Positions 21,403 through 31,749 of a stretch of 32,110 nt of DNA are shown one piece after another. The position numbers and the translations under genes are program-made. Numbering within the stretch: position 1 is the stretch's first letter; each line of letters begins with the position of its first letter. The stretch is from Barthelona sp. PAP020. Taxonomy: Eukaryota. The DNA lies in NCBI GenBank assembly GCA_040182905.1, contig JARQWU010000103.1:1-32110 (forward strand), read 5' to 3'. The notes under the pieces were generated by a model. That model made no database searches, was not told the DNA's origin, and saw nothing but the letters and a program-made list of their open reading frames with translations.

Positions 21403-24276
21403 ATGAAAGCTATGAGTTTTCAATCTTTTTTATACATATTATTTTTTATTACTATAATATACTGTGATGTTAATGAAACACAAACAACTCCAAGTATTTT
21501 CAATACTTTTATTAGTTCTTCAAATTGTTCATTTTACTTGAATCACAGCTTTTTTATTCAAGAGAATATTTTTATTGAAGAGAATTTCATTTGTTATCCG
21601 AATTTATTTGTTAATACGCAGAATTCAAATATTGGATATGTTTTTGCGATGAATATTCCTTTGTATTATTATCAGCAAACTCTTGCCACCAACCCAAAAC
21701 TTCTATTTCCAAATACTACACTGAATTTAAATGATAATTTTATATCTATTTCTGCCAAAGACTCCAAATATAATGAATTGAAACAAGATTTTTTTTGCGT
21801 GAAAAGTGTTCATTCTCCAGAAATTTCTCTATATTTTGCTACATATTACACAACTGAGTTGCAATTTTATTTTTTTTTTAATGATTCTTTTGATTTAATT
21901 TCTAGCAATGAGACAGTTATAGAAACAATTGATAGTGATGTTGATCATATCAAAGTATTGTTTTTATATGGAATGTTTCAATTGAATTGCTTTTTTCCCA
22001 ATGAAACTTTAGGCAATACAATTCAAGAAGAAATCGAAGTTTTAAACATAGATATCATGAATGCCACCAACATTACCGTTTTTGAGAGCAATAATACTAA
22101 CATAGCAATTGCTCTAAACGACACTGTATTTGGTAATAATACACTTAGTGAAGGCAATTCTACTGTTAATACGACTGTTTTAGAAAGTAATGAAAGCGTG
22201 GATGGCAATACCACAGTCATTGAAGGTAATTACACTGTGAACACAACTGTTTTGGACAGTAATGAGACAATAGTTGACAATGGTACAGTCATTGAAGGTA
22301 ATTACACTGTGAACGCAACTGTTTTGGACAGTAATGAGACAATAGTTGTCAATGGTACAGTCATTGAAGGTAATTACACTGTAAACACAACTGTTTTGGA
22401 CAGTAATGAGACAATAGTTGACAATGGTACAGTCATTGAAGGTAATTACATTGTTGAAATCAATGAAACCACAACAAACAACAGCTATTCAGTAAATTCA
22501 ACTATTATTAATATCAATGATACTCTTATTGCAACAAATGGGACAATACTAAATGGAAGTGAATTGTCTAATACCACTATTGGATCAATCAACAATACTG
22601 ATTCCAACAGTGAAATTGTTGAGGAATCGAACAACATATTAAATGACACCATAATAACAGTTAATGAAACAGTCGTTGACAACGTTTCAACTGACGCAGA
22701 TGACAATGTTGTTGATTTAGATCAAGAAAATAATACTGAAGAATCTACTAATACAGATTCTACTTCCGGAAGTTCAACATCTTGTTTAAATGCATGTAAT
22801 TACAGGGGTTTTTGTTTCAATGGTCTTTGTCTTTGTTTGTACCCGTTTTATGGAGCTGATTGTTCCTTATCCTCTTTCACCAGAACATGTAATCCAGGTT
22901 GTGTTCATGGACAGTGTGATTTGACAACGTTGACATGCTCATGCAATTCAGGATATACTGGAGAATCATGTTCTGAGGTTGAGGAAAACAATGTTGTTTC
23001 ATGTCAAAATGATTGTAATGACCGGGGAGAATGTTTAAATGGAGAATGCAAATGTTTCAATGGGTTTAAAGGTGAATTTTGTGAAGAACTTGAATTGACT
23101 ATCAAATGTTCAAGTAATTTGAATTGTAATGGTGGAAAATGCATTTCAAATCAATGTGTATGTCCTGAAGACAAATATGGAGAATTTTGTCAGTTGAATC
23201 GTTGTCCAAATGATTGCAGTAATCATGGAACTTGCCAAGATGGAAATTGTCTGTGTACAGATGGTTTTTTTGGTTTAAATTGTTCATTATACAAACATGA
23301 TGCATGTAACAGTATTGGTCCTTGTTTATATGGGGATTGTGATGTAGATTCATTGACTTGCACCTGTTGGAAAGGTTTTTCTGGGGAACATTGTGGAATC
23401 GTCACTGATAATAACATTGCATTTGAGGCAGATTTTTGGGATTTGACCATTGAAAACAACATTGCTAAGTTTCCATCTTTAGATATAACTGTTGAATCTG
23501 TTCAAAAGCATGTCGGGTTTTTAGAAGCAAAGTATTTGGAAGACACCAATTTTTGCAGCCCCCTAAAGCTTTCTCATTATACAGTTCTTTCCGCCTTTTC
23601 AGAAACACAAAAACAACATCCAGAAACATTAGAAATGCAAATTGATTTCAATGGAGTCTATCAAATTATTAAAGTTGAACTGGAAATCATTGCAGAGGTA
23701 TCAAAATCTTATAATTTGCTGGAAGTATTTTTGGTAGATCCCACAACAGATGATCGACTGAAAATATCTTTCCCTTCACATCAAGACACATTTTGTGATA
23801 ATTCTATCGGACAATTTTCATTGGTTAGCTTTTATAAGTATAGCAACAGACATAATCGTATTATAATAGAAAGTAAAACGCCATTTGCTATTGGTAGAAT
23901 GTTTTTAGAAATTCAAAAGGACCCTTCACGTCTAAATTCAACTAATATTGGAAATGGAGGTGATAATAGCACAGTGGATGGAGATAATAGCAAGGAAAAC
24001 ACTGATGACACAATTGATGTTGAATCAGGCACCATCATTCAGGAAAATTGTCATCATTTGAGTAATTGTTCTCATCATGGCATTTGTCTAATTGGTGAAT
24101 GCTTTTGTGATTCAGGTTGGACAACAGATGATTGTAGTCAACCAATTAACACTAATCCAAATGGAAGAGAAACTGACCTTAGTGGTATCGATTTGTTGGA
24201 TTTGAAAATAATTTCTTCCACCATTTTTTTGATATTTGGTTATTTATTGTTGATCCTTTTTAGTTCCCTGAGTTAA
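21403..24276 (+). CDS. Tenascin-like EGF-repeat surface glycoprotein
   Basis: Signal peptide, N-x-S/T-dense stalk, about six tandem tenascin-type EGF repeats (e.g. CPNDCSNHGTCQDGNCLCTDGFFGLNCS), a further EGF near the end, and a C-terminal hydrophobic tail (TM or GPI signal). Confidence 0.85.
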   Translation: MKAMSFQSFLYILFFITIIYCDVNETQTTPSIFNTFISSSNCSFYLNHSFFIQENIFIEENFICYPNLFVNTQNSNIGYVFAMNIPLYYYQQTLATNPKLLFPNTTLNLNDNFISISAKDSKYNELKQDFFCVKSVHSPEISLYFATYYTTELQFYFFFNDSFDLISSNETVIETIDSDVDHIKVLFLYGMFQLNCFFPNETLGNTIQEEIEVLNIDIMNATNITVFESNNTNIAIALNDTVFGNNTLSEGNSTVNTTVLESNESVDGNTTVIEGNYTVNTTVLDSNETIVDNGTVIEGNYTVNATVLDSNETIVVNGTVIEGNYTVNTTVLDSNETIVDNGTVIEGNYIVEINETTTNNSYSVNSTIININDTLIATNGTILNGSELSNTTIGSINNTDSNSEIVEESNNILNDTIITVNETVVDNVSTDADDNVVDLDQENNTEESTNTDSTSGSSTSCLNACNYRGFCFNGLCLCLYPFYGADCSLSSFTRTCNPGCVHGQCDLTTLTCSCNSGYTGESCSEVEENNVVSCQNDCNDRGECLNGECKCFNGFKGEFCEELELTIKCSSNLNCNGGKCISNQCVCPEDKYGEFCQLNRCPNDCSNHGTCQDGNCLCTDGFFGLNCSLYKHDACNSIGPCLYGDCDVDSLTCTCWKGFSGEHCGIVTDNNIAFEADFWDLTIENNIAKFPSLDITVESVQKHVGFLEAKYLEDTNFCSPLKLSHYTVLSAFSETQKQHPETLEMQIDFNGVYQIIKVELEIIAEVSKSYNLLEVFLVDPTTDDRLKISFPSHQDTFCDNSIGQFSLVSFYKYSNRHNRIIIESKTPFAIGRMFLEIQKDPSRLNSTNIGNGGDNSTVDGDNSKENTDDTIDVESGTIIQENCHHLSNCSHHGICLIGECFCDSGWTTDDCSQPINTNPNGRETDLSGIDLLDLKIISSTIFLIFGYLLLILFSSLS
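22144..22450 (+). repeat. 72-nt (24-aa) coding tandem repeat
   Basis: Units start at 22216, 22288, 22360 and 22432 (partial) and encode VIEGNYTVNTTVLDSNETIVDNGT; a degenerate copy lies at 22144-22215. Confidence 0.92.
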
Positions 24277-24510
24277 TTTATTAAATAGATGTAATATTTG
24301 TAAATTTTGTTGTTCCTTTATTTATTTTAGTTGATTTATCAATCCAACAAATGAGATAATTTATTCGTTTCATATAGTCACTGTTAATATAGAATTTTTC
24401 TATATAAACCAATAAAAGGTTACAAATAACAATACTAAAAGTATAAACAAGAAAATTATTTGTCTAAAAAAATGAAAGGAGCGTTTTTTTTTTCTTGACA
24501 AAACTCCAAT

Positions 24511-26436
24511 ATGTCTTTGTTAGAGGATGGGAAATTTAGGTTTAAAAAGAAAACACAGTCTATTTCATGGGAATATATTCATTCAATTGATGTTCAATCA
24601 ATAATTCGATCAAATGATCCTTCTAAATTGAGTGATATTATGGAAAACATTGCTTTATGTAACACAATAGACGATCATATTTGTCAAACAAGTAATCCGA
24701 GCTTGGTAAAACTATTTCAAATGTCACAGCTTATCATTGAATACTTATTATATTTCCAAGAAGTTAATTTGGAAGAAAATGAAGAATTAAATGCAATTAT
24801 TGATAATTTGGAACAACAAAAGGAAAAGTGGAAACATGATAAAAAAATTCTAAAAAGCAGCTATAGATGTCCTTTGTGTAATGATCAAAGATTTAAAAGT
24901 GATATTTATTTAAAAAGACATTTTCAAAGCGTCCATAATGTTGATTTGTCTGGAAACATGTCTGCCAATTCTTCATTGTCAAAAGAACATCATATTCATC
25001 GATTATTTCAAAAAATTGATTCTCAATATTATAATTTACAGAGTATTATGGGAATGATGATGAATTGTGCTCAATCCAAAAACCAATTTCCTTTGGTTCA
25101 GCCTGTGCTTCAATCTGTTGTTCAACCACAAATGCATGCTCAATCGGGTTATTTTCCTGTGAATAATACCTCTGTTGTTGATCAACCACCTCAAGAAGTT
25201 GTTTTTTCACAAAATATGCAACCGGTTCAACAAAAAGTGGTATCACATGTTCAATTGCCATCTGAAAGTTCCACACATACAAATTTTCAGTTGCATTTGA
25301 AAAATACTGTTCCACAAACCAACATAGGTGAAGAAATCACACAAACACTTGAAAATAGACAAATCATGAAAAATGAACAATCAAAACAGCAATATCCTGT
25401 GGAAAAAATGCCTAAGAATTTTGAAGAATCCAAAATTCAGTCATTGTCTGAAACAAGGGATCAGTTACCCTTCAATAAACCTATTCAAGATTTAAATTCA
25501 TTGGTTTCTACATCCAAAACTTTGAACCAGCAAAAGAATATTGAAAATAACGTTGAATCAAAAGATATTTCTGATCTTCAAATCGAATCTGAATTACTTG
25601 AAATAGAAAAGCAAAATGTGATGTTACCACTCAGACATCAAGCAATTAAACGTAAAATAATTGCAAATGACCAAATGTCGAAGGCATTTTCTGTCGATTC
25701 CTTGTCAAGTTCGAAAGATACCAGAAAACCTCATCCTTTTGGATTTAAACGTGTTACAAAGCCTTATAAACCCATAAATACAGTTAATACAATTTCAGAC
25801 AATGCACCTCCACCACTGAATAGTTCTATTGATATCTCATCTGGTGTTAGTTCTGCAACCACCAGCGAGCCAGTACAAATTCCTATTGTTAATAATTTTA
25901 GCGAGGTTGATAAAACTAATACTGAGGTTAAAACAGATGTAATTTCAAATGAAATTAACGAAACAGAGAGCGATTTGTTTTCCTTGGGAAACGAAGATTT
26001 ATTTTTTGAAGATCCTCAAACAAAGGATGATGCATCAGATAAAAGTCATGTAGAGCAAACAACTGAATCCATAATTGAAAGAGATATTGTTAATATAGAA
26101 GATGAAGATAGGGTTGAAAACGATGATGACCTCTTTAACGGTGATTTTTTGCAAAGTTTGGCTCAAGAAGAAAATAGCAGTGATTTCACAAATTCGCCGG
26201 AATTTGAAAACACAAATCTTGAAGAAGCCATTGCTGAAAACAATGAAAGTGATTCTTTTTCAATTACAATGGAGCTTGCAACAATACCAATGGATTCAGA
26301 AACTGCATCAACTGTATTTACTGAAGATTCAGTGATAAACACAGCAATTGGGGTTTCAGATTCTCAAAATCAGTCTCAAACAGATGATAGCTTTTTGAAT
26401 CAAAACCGTCTTTATAATCGTAGAAGTTTTCTATGA
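24511..26436 (+). CDS. DZIP1/DZIP1L (Iguana)-like ciliary basal-body protein
   Basis: Dzip-like_N domain (FRFKKK..ISWEYIHSIDV...LVKLFQMSQLIIEYLL), short coiled coil, C2H2 finger YRCPLC..F.SDIYLKRHFQSVH, long disordered acidic tail. Confidence 0.85.
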   Translation: MSLLEDGKFRFKKKTQSISWEYIHSIDVQSIIRSNDPSKLSDIMENIALCNTIDDHICQTSNPSLVKLFQMSQLIIEYLLYFQEVNLEENEELNAIIDNLEQQKEKWKHDKKILKSSYRCPLCNDQRFKSDIYLKRHFQSVHNVDLSGNMSANSSLSKEHHIHRLFQKIDSQYYNLQSIMGMMMNCAQSKNQFPLVQPVLQSVVQPQMHAQSGYFPVNNTSVVDQPPQEVVFSQNMQPVQQKVVSHVQLPSESSTHTNFQLHLKNTVPQTNIGEEITQTLENRQIMKNEQSKQQYPVEKMPKNFEESKIQSLSETRDQLPFNKPIQDLNSLVSTSKTLNQQKNIENNVESKDISDLQIESELLEIEKQNVMLPLRHQAIKRKIIANDQMSKAFSVDSLSSSKDTRKPHPFGFKRVTKPYKPINTVNTISDNAPPPLNSSIDISSGVSSATTSEPVQIPIVNNFSEVDKTNTEVKTDVISNEINETESDLFSLGNEDLFFEDPQTKDDASDKSHVEQTTESIIERDIVNIEDEDRVENDDDLFNGDFLQSLAQEENSSDFTNSPEFENTNLEEAIAENNESDSFSITMELATIPMDSETASTVFTEDSVINTAIGVSDSQNQSQTDDSFLNQNRLYNRRSFL

Positions 26437-26742
26437 TTAAATGTAAAAATTTTTAGTCACTTTTTTTTGGCGTTTGAGAAGCATTTTTTATGAATGAATT
26501 GAATAATATTGTGTTTATTTCCTTGGTATCTCTTCAAACTTGATGAGTTCTGCACTTTAAAATGGTACTTTTGAATAAAATAAAATGGGAGTCAAAAACT
26601 CCAAATTTTGCGTAACAAAATGAATTTCTTATGGTTTCTTCTTCTCTTTAAATGGTCAACTTAAACCATCACTTCATGTGTATATAATAAAATAAGCAAA
26701 GCTGAAGATATTTATTTCAAAAACTCACCAAATTTCACATCA

Positions 26743-27810
26743 TTAATTTTCAGAAACAAAGAAATCTCTATTAAATGAGTCAGTATCAATGGTTTCGTTG
26801 GAAAAGACACAATTGTTGATCATTTCACAAAAAACTGTGGTTGCATCTGTAACAATAATCTTATTGGACCTTTGTACAGCAGGATGTTGTGTCATTGGAT
26901 GGCTATTAGTACAAATTAGCTTCTCCAACTCAGAATCTTCAATTTTTTGGACTATTTCAACAGTGGGTACAGCAAAATGAGAAATCAAAGCATAAACTTT
27001 TGTGGCTCCATTTGCTTTATACGCTGATGCTGCTTTCATAAGTGTACCACCAGATCTAATCATATCATCAAAAATAACAACAACTTTCCCCTCACAATCT
27101 CCAATAACATTTCTGACAAAAGTTCTGTCATGATTTCTTTCTTTTCTGACCAATACAATCCCACAACCAAGGTGTCTGGCAAATGATTGAACCCAAGCAG
27201 GTCTTCCAAGATCAGCAGATCCCATGATAAGTTGAGTATGATCAATTTCCAATTCTTTAATAGCATCCATCAAAGTCCGTTCACCATATAATTCAAAACG
27301 TAAACAAGGACCTTCAAAATAATGTAAAATACCATTAACATGCAAATCTAAGAAAAGAAAAACATTCCCCAATCCTAGATTAGGAATAGACGATAATAAA
27401 CGACAGTTTTGCTTTGCAGTAACAATTTCACCCCTTCTAACAGCACGCTCCATTGTTGAATACCCAAAATATGGGATGACAAAAAATCTTCTTCTGGCAC
27501 CATATTCTGCCAATTGTGAGCCTACTCTATACAAAGTTAATAAATCATCATCTGTATGGGTTGCACACACAAAAATAACGTCTCGCCTGACCAATTCTGT
27601 CACATGATTAACACCGATTCTGTAATATGTTTCACTATCTGGAAATTTTTCAACAATTAACTCTAACAATTTCAAATTTAATTTTTGAGCAATAAGTTCG
27701 GCAAAATATCTTGAATTTGGGCTTGAAAGGACTACAGGGGCAAGACCATCACCAGCTGCTGGTTGAATTCTGCCCATCAGTTCATTATCAAACACTGTAG
27801 GTGTAGACAT
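26743..27810 (-). CDS. Ribose-phosphate pyrophosphokinase (PRPP synthetase), atypical type
   Basis: KFPDSETY, IPYFGY, LDLH, SADLG, KER, VIGDCEGK, IFDDMIRSGGTL, CTNSHP. Confidence 0.92.
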   Translation of the reverse strand: MSTPTVFDNELMGRIQPAAGDGLAPVVLSSPNSRYFAELIAQKLNLKLLELIVEKFPDSETYYRIGVNHVTELVRRDVIFVCATHTDDDLLTLYRVGSQLAEYGARRRFFVIPYFGYSTMERAVRRGEIVTAKQNCRLLSSIPNLGLGNVFLFLDLHVNGILHYFEGPCLRFELYGERTLMDAIKELEIDHTQLIMGSADLGRPAWVQSFARHLGCGIVLVRKERNHDRTFVRNVIGDCEGKVVVIFDDMIRSGGTLMKAASAYKANGATKVYALISHFAVPTVEIVQKIEDSELEKLICTNSHPMTQHPAVQRSNKIIVTDATTVFCEMINNCVFSNETIDTDSFNRDFFVSEN

Positions 27811-27988
27811 ACTAAGTAATCACAAGATAATGATAATTAAAAATATTGTTTTGTTAACACCTTTTTTTGTCTCTTATAAATTTTTTCTTTATTTTCCACT
27901 TTGACATATAATCAAAAAAGAATTCCTTTTAAAAGAAAGGAAAAAAAAAATTGGAAAGAAAATGATGATAATCTCTCTCTTTTTTGAC

Positions 27989-28774
27989 ATGATCAAATAT
28001 TTATGTATTTTAAATGATTTGGAAGAAAATCAAGACACAAATGAAGTGTGTTTCGTCAAATCATTAGATGATTTAAAAGATATTGATGAATCATCAATTA
28101 TTAAGATATTTACTTCACCATATTCTATTTCTGAAGATGAGATCAATCAATTATCTGTTAGATTTCCTCATTTAAATGAAGTGATATTGACAGATTCATT
28201 TACAACTTTTAATGAGAAACCAGTTTTTAATATTTCCACTAGAGTTCCACGTATTTTAGTTGAGCAAAAAGCAGAACATATTTTTGGGGAAGTTACAACA
28301 TTTTTGTCACAGATAGAAGAGCATCATAATAATATGATGGATAAATGGGCACCTCATGTATTTCCTGAATCTGCACATTTGGATAGAATTACGATTGGTA
28401 TTCTTGGTTGGGATAGATCAGCTCACCGTTTTTCTCAGTTTTTGGAAGGGTACGGTTCCAGAATTGTTAGTTATGTCATTGATCCACCTAATGATGTGAT
28501 TGAAGAACTTTCTTTGGTTTATTATGGGGATATGTTGCCTCAATTTTTTGCTGAAACTAATCTACTGTTGGTTAATCTTGCTAAAGCTGAAGATTTAGAT
28601 TTATCTAATGTTGATTTGGATAAACCTTTGTTGGTATTAAATATTGGTAATCCGGAATTATCGGATATATTTGGATCTTTGTCTGAAAAAATTGTTGTTA
28701 GAAACCTTCAAACTTTTCACAAGTCAGTTGTAAACTTTTTAAAACATGATCCTGAACAACTTTTTGAAAAATAA
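27989..28774 (+). CDS. Degenerate D-isomer 2-hydroxyacid dehydrogenase-like (GhrA-like) protein
   Basis: EQKAEHIF..W, ITIGILG, LPQFFAETNLLLVNL and LVLNIG follow the family layout, but the Gly-rich loop is degenerate and the C-terminus is short. Confidence 0.55.
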   Translation: MIKYLCILNDLEENQDTNEVCFVKSLDDLKDIDESSIIKIFTSPYSISEDEINQLSVRFPHLNEVILTDSFTTFNEKPVFNISTRVPRILVEQKAEHIFGEVTTFLSQIEEHHNNMMDKWAPHVFPESAHLDRITIGILGWDRSAHRFSQFLEGYGSRIVSYVIDPPNDVIEELSLVYYGDMLPQFFAETNLLLVNLAKAEDLDLSNVDLDKPLLVLNIGNPELSDIFGSLSEKIVVRNLQTFHKSVVNFLKHDPEQLFEK

Positions 28775-29115
28775 ACGTGTATTGGTATTTGTTTTTGGTC
28801 ATGAAAATAAGAAAGAAAGAAACTGTAACCCACTGTGATTTTGATTTACTTCACAAAGCCTTCTGTTTGAAGAATGAAACCGTTTTCTTTTTTTGAAAAG
28901 CTTACTTCAATCTTTCAGCAAGTAAATTCAAAATTTGAAGGCTTACAAAATAAGAAAAAATATTTTTTCTTTTATTTGGAAAAAAGACTACGGTGTTTAC
29001 ATAACTAATTACATTACTAATATCAAATAAAAAGATAATACTTTGAAAGAAAAAAAAAAGAAAAGAAAGAAAACTCAAATGTGGATAGTCCACTTTTTAA
29101 ATTTCCTTTCAAACA

Positions 29116-30204
29116 CTAAAAAAGAGGATTGTTTAATATCAATTTGTTGGAATTAACAAGTGGGTAACTTGATCCCAAACGATCTTTGCTATCGTTACTG
29201 CTACTATCACTGAAATTAATGTTACCTAAAAGTTGCAAATATTCTTTGGTAAAAATAGATGCTTTGGAATATTCATCAGCCCCTATTCTTTGCCAATCAT
29301 AAACAATTTCATCAGATTCAGTATCAATAAAATTTTGACAAGATTGTTTTAAAGTCTCCTTGATGTAGTTATAATCTGGATCCGCTTTAAAATCCAAATT
29401 TCTGATATAATTTAATATTGTTTGGAAGCCATTTGGTACATTACCTGAACATAATACCGGTAAAGGAGTATAAACTTTTCGAAGACCAATTTTATGATAT
29501 TTTTCCTTTTTAGTGTTTGCTTTGATGGATTGCCATGGTAAATTACCTCGTAAAAAATATAAAAGTACGTAAAATAAACTTTCTAAATCATCTCTTCTTG
29601 ATTGCTCAATTCCACGATGATTTGGTATTGAAGCATATCTTGGTGTACCACACAAAGACTTTCCATCCAAATATTTCATATGTGAACCTTCAGAATCAAT
29701 GTATTTCTTCGATAATCCAAAATCAATGATATAAACTTCTTGACAATTTTTTAAACCCATGCAAAAATTATCTGGCTTAATATCACGATGAATAAATCCT
29801 TTATTGTGTAGTGTTTCTAATGCATTTATCATTTGAATCCCCAATTGATAAACGGTAGGAAGCGAAAATCTCCTCCCACATAAATTGAATAAATCTTCAA
29901 GTGAAGGTCCCATCAAATCTATCACCATTATAATATGTGAATTTGTTGCAGCTGCCCAATGAAAATTTGGAATTGACGGTGAATTCATTAAATGCCTATA
30001 TATCTTTGATTCTCTTAATAATTGTGGATGTTTTGAGTTACATCTTTCCATTTTAACAGCAACAAGCTCATGATTTTCCAAATCTTCAGCCCGATATATT
30101 TCTCCAAAAGATCCAGAACCAATCCTTTTCAAAATCTTTAGTTTTTGACCAATTCTATTTGTTAGAAGATTCAATTATGTGCTAAAATACATTTGATTTT
30201 CCAT
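29116..30204 (-). CDS. Casein kinase I; 2 exons (30204-30191, 30154-29116), 350 aa
   Basis: Spliced start MENQI^IGQKLKILKRIGSGSFGEIY; HPQL, LMGPSLEDLF, HRDIKPDNF, IDFGL, GTPRYAS, EQSRRDDLES, LPWQ. Confidence 0.95.
30155..30190 (-). other. 36-nt spliceosomal intron
   Basis: GTATTTTAGCACATAATTGAATCTTCTAACAAATAG; removal supplies the missing ATG in frame. Confidence 0.9.
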
Positions 30205-30719
30205 AAAAAGGAAAGTAATCAGAATTAAAAAGACCCACCAATGACTTCAAAGTTCTTTGCTGGGATATCAATAAATTCAATAAAGCTTTTATTCTTTGTA
30301 TTGAATTGCCAATTTTATTTTGCAAAAAAAAAGGTTCAAAGATCAACATTAATTCCTCTTTCCATTTTTCGTTCAATGTAAAAAATGTGATCTCAATGGG
30401 ATTAAAATGTGCAAATATTAGTTTTAAAATGAACTTCAAGTTGAAGTCAAAATTATTTTTTTACGTTTTTTGGTTTGTGTTGGTATGCAATTCATGAATA
30501 TTGATATTTCAAATGATTATTCCTCCTTATCTTATTCTTTTAAAATAGTCATCATTTTATAATCATAATTCTTTTTGTCCTTTTGAAAAAAATTGAAAAG
30601 TGTAAATAATCATTAAAATGTATAATTGTTTTATTCAATAGTGTAGAAACAGTAAAATTCACTTTTTTTTTTGGAAAAGGAAGATTTTGTGAATCTTTCA
30701 TTTCTTATTGATTCTTTTT

Positions 30720-31376
30720 ATGAACATTAAATTCTTGTTTATTTTAGCGTTGTTGCCAATTGCTTTGGCCACATGTGGGATTGATATATCTCAAAGATTT
30801 TCTGCAAGTCAATGGAGATGTGCTAGAGTTGCTGGTTATGAATTTGCCATTATTCGTGGATATAGAAGCGTTGGTGATGTTGATCCAAATCTTGCATATT
30901 CGGTTAATGCTGCTTGGGAGGCTGGTTTTGAACATGTTGATGTGTATTTCTTTCCTTCATCCCAAAGAAAATCTGCCTATCAAGAAGCCAATGAATTTAT
31001 TGGATATTTGGTAAATGCACAAGTTAGATATGGAATGGTTTGGATTGATGTTGAAGTTGCATCTGGGTGTTGGGGAGATGATATTGGAAGCAATAGAGCA
31101 TATATGGATCAACTTTTGGCTGCGTTTGAGGAAAATAGTATTCATGTTGGTATTTATTCTTCCAAATACATGCACAGCACTATTTTTGGTTCTGATTGGA
31201 AAGGTACTGGCGAAAGACCTTTCAACAGATATGATTTATGGTATGCTCAATATGATGGAAGAGCTGATTTTGTCAATTTCTCATCTTTTGGTGGTTGGAC
31301 TAGACCAGCAATTCATCAATATCAAGGAGATGTTAATATTTGCAATGGTATGGGGGTTGATCTGAACTTCTATTGA
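30720..31376 (+). CDS. Secreted GH25 lysozyme (protist/nematode Lys-like)
   Basis: Signal peptide, GIDISQ, FAIIRGYRSVG.VDPN, DVYFFP, catalytic WIDVE, GIYSS, LWYAQYD, FGGW..P.IHQY, VDLNFY. ATG at 30720. Confidence 0.92.
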   Translation: MNIKFLFILALLPIALATCGIDISQRFSASQWRCARVAGYEFAIIRGYRSVGDVDPNLAYSVNAAWEAGFEHVDVYFFPSSQRKSAYQEANEFIGYLVNAQVRYGMVWIDVEVASGCWGDDIGSNRAYMDQLLAAFEENSIHVGIYSSKYMHSTIFGSDWKGTGERPFNRYDLWYAQYDGRADFVNFSSFGGWTRPAIHQYQGDVNICNGMGVDLNFY

Positions 31377-31749
31377 TAAAATGTGAATGACAATTTGTTT
31401 TTCGCAATTATCTGAGAATTTTGCAGTGTAGAATGTTCTTCCCTTTGAAGTCTTTTGAATATCACTGATTTGTTAAAAATCAATGCAAATTGGTTATTTG
31501 TATAATTATTATCATTTTGGTATTAATTTTGATGTTGGTGAAAATTTATGTGTAAATATATTGACTAACAAAGTTGAAATGTTTTTTTTTTCTGTTGTGA
31601 GCTCAAAATATTGTGTCCTAATTATAGCCTGCACAATTTTGCATTTGGGTTTCAAAATAAAAAATCTTCTACTGATTGCGTGCAACAACGTGTAACAAAT
31701 TTTTTATATTGTACAAAGGAATCCATCTATCATTAAAATTTCGTTTTAA

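Noticed and set aside
22216..22450. CRISPR-like array or mobile element
   Set aside because: Contiguous in-frame coding repeats without spacers; no cas, transposase or RT genes in the window.
9779..27810. Nucleotide-salvage cluster (uridine phosphorylase, Pi transporter, PRPP synthetase)
   Set aside because: The genes are 3-16 kb apart, on mixed strands and separated by unrelated genes.
3097..31695. Numerous short nested or antisense ORFs, plus 9450-9665, 12671-12943, 28902-29093, 30182-30497 and 31483-31695
   Set aside because: Shadows of real genes or low-complexity intergenic sequence with no motifs.
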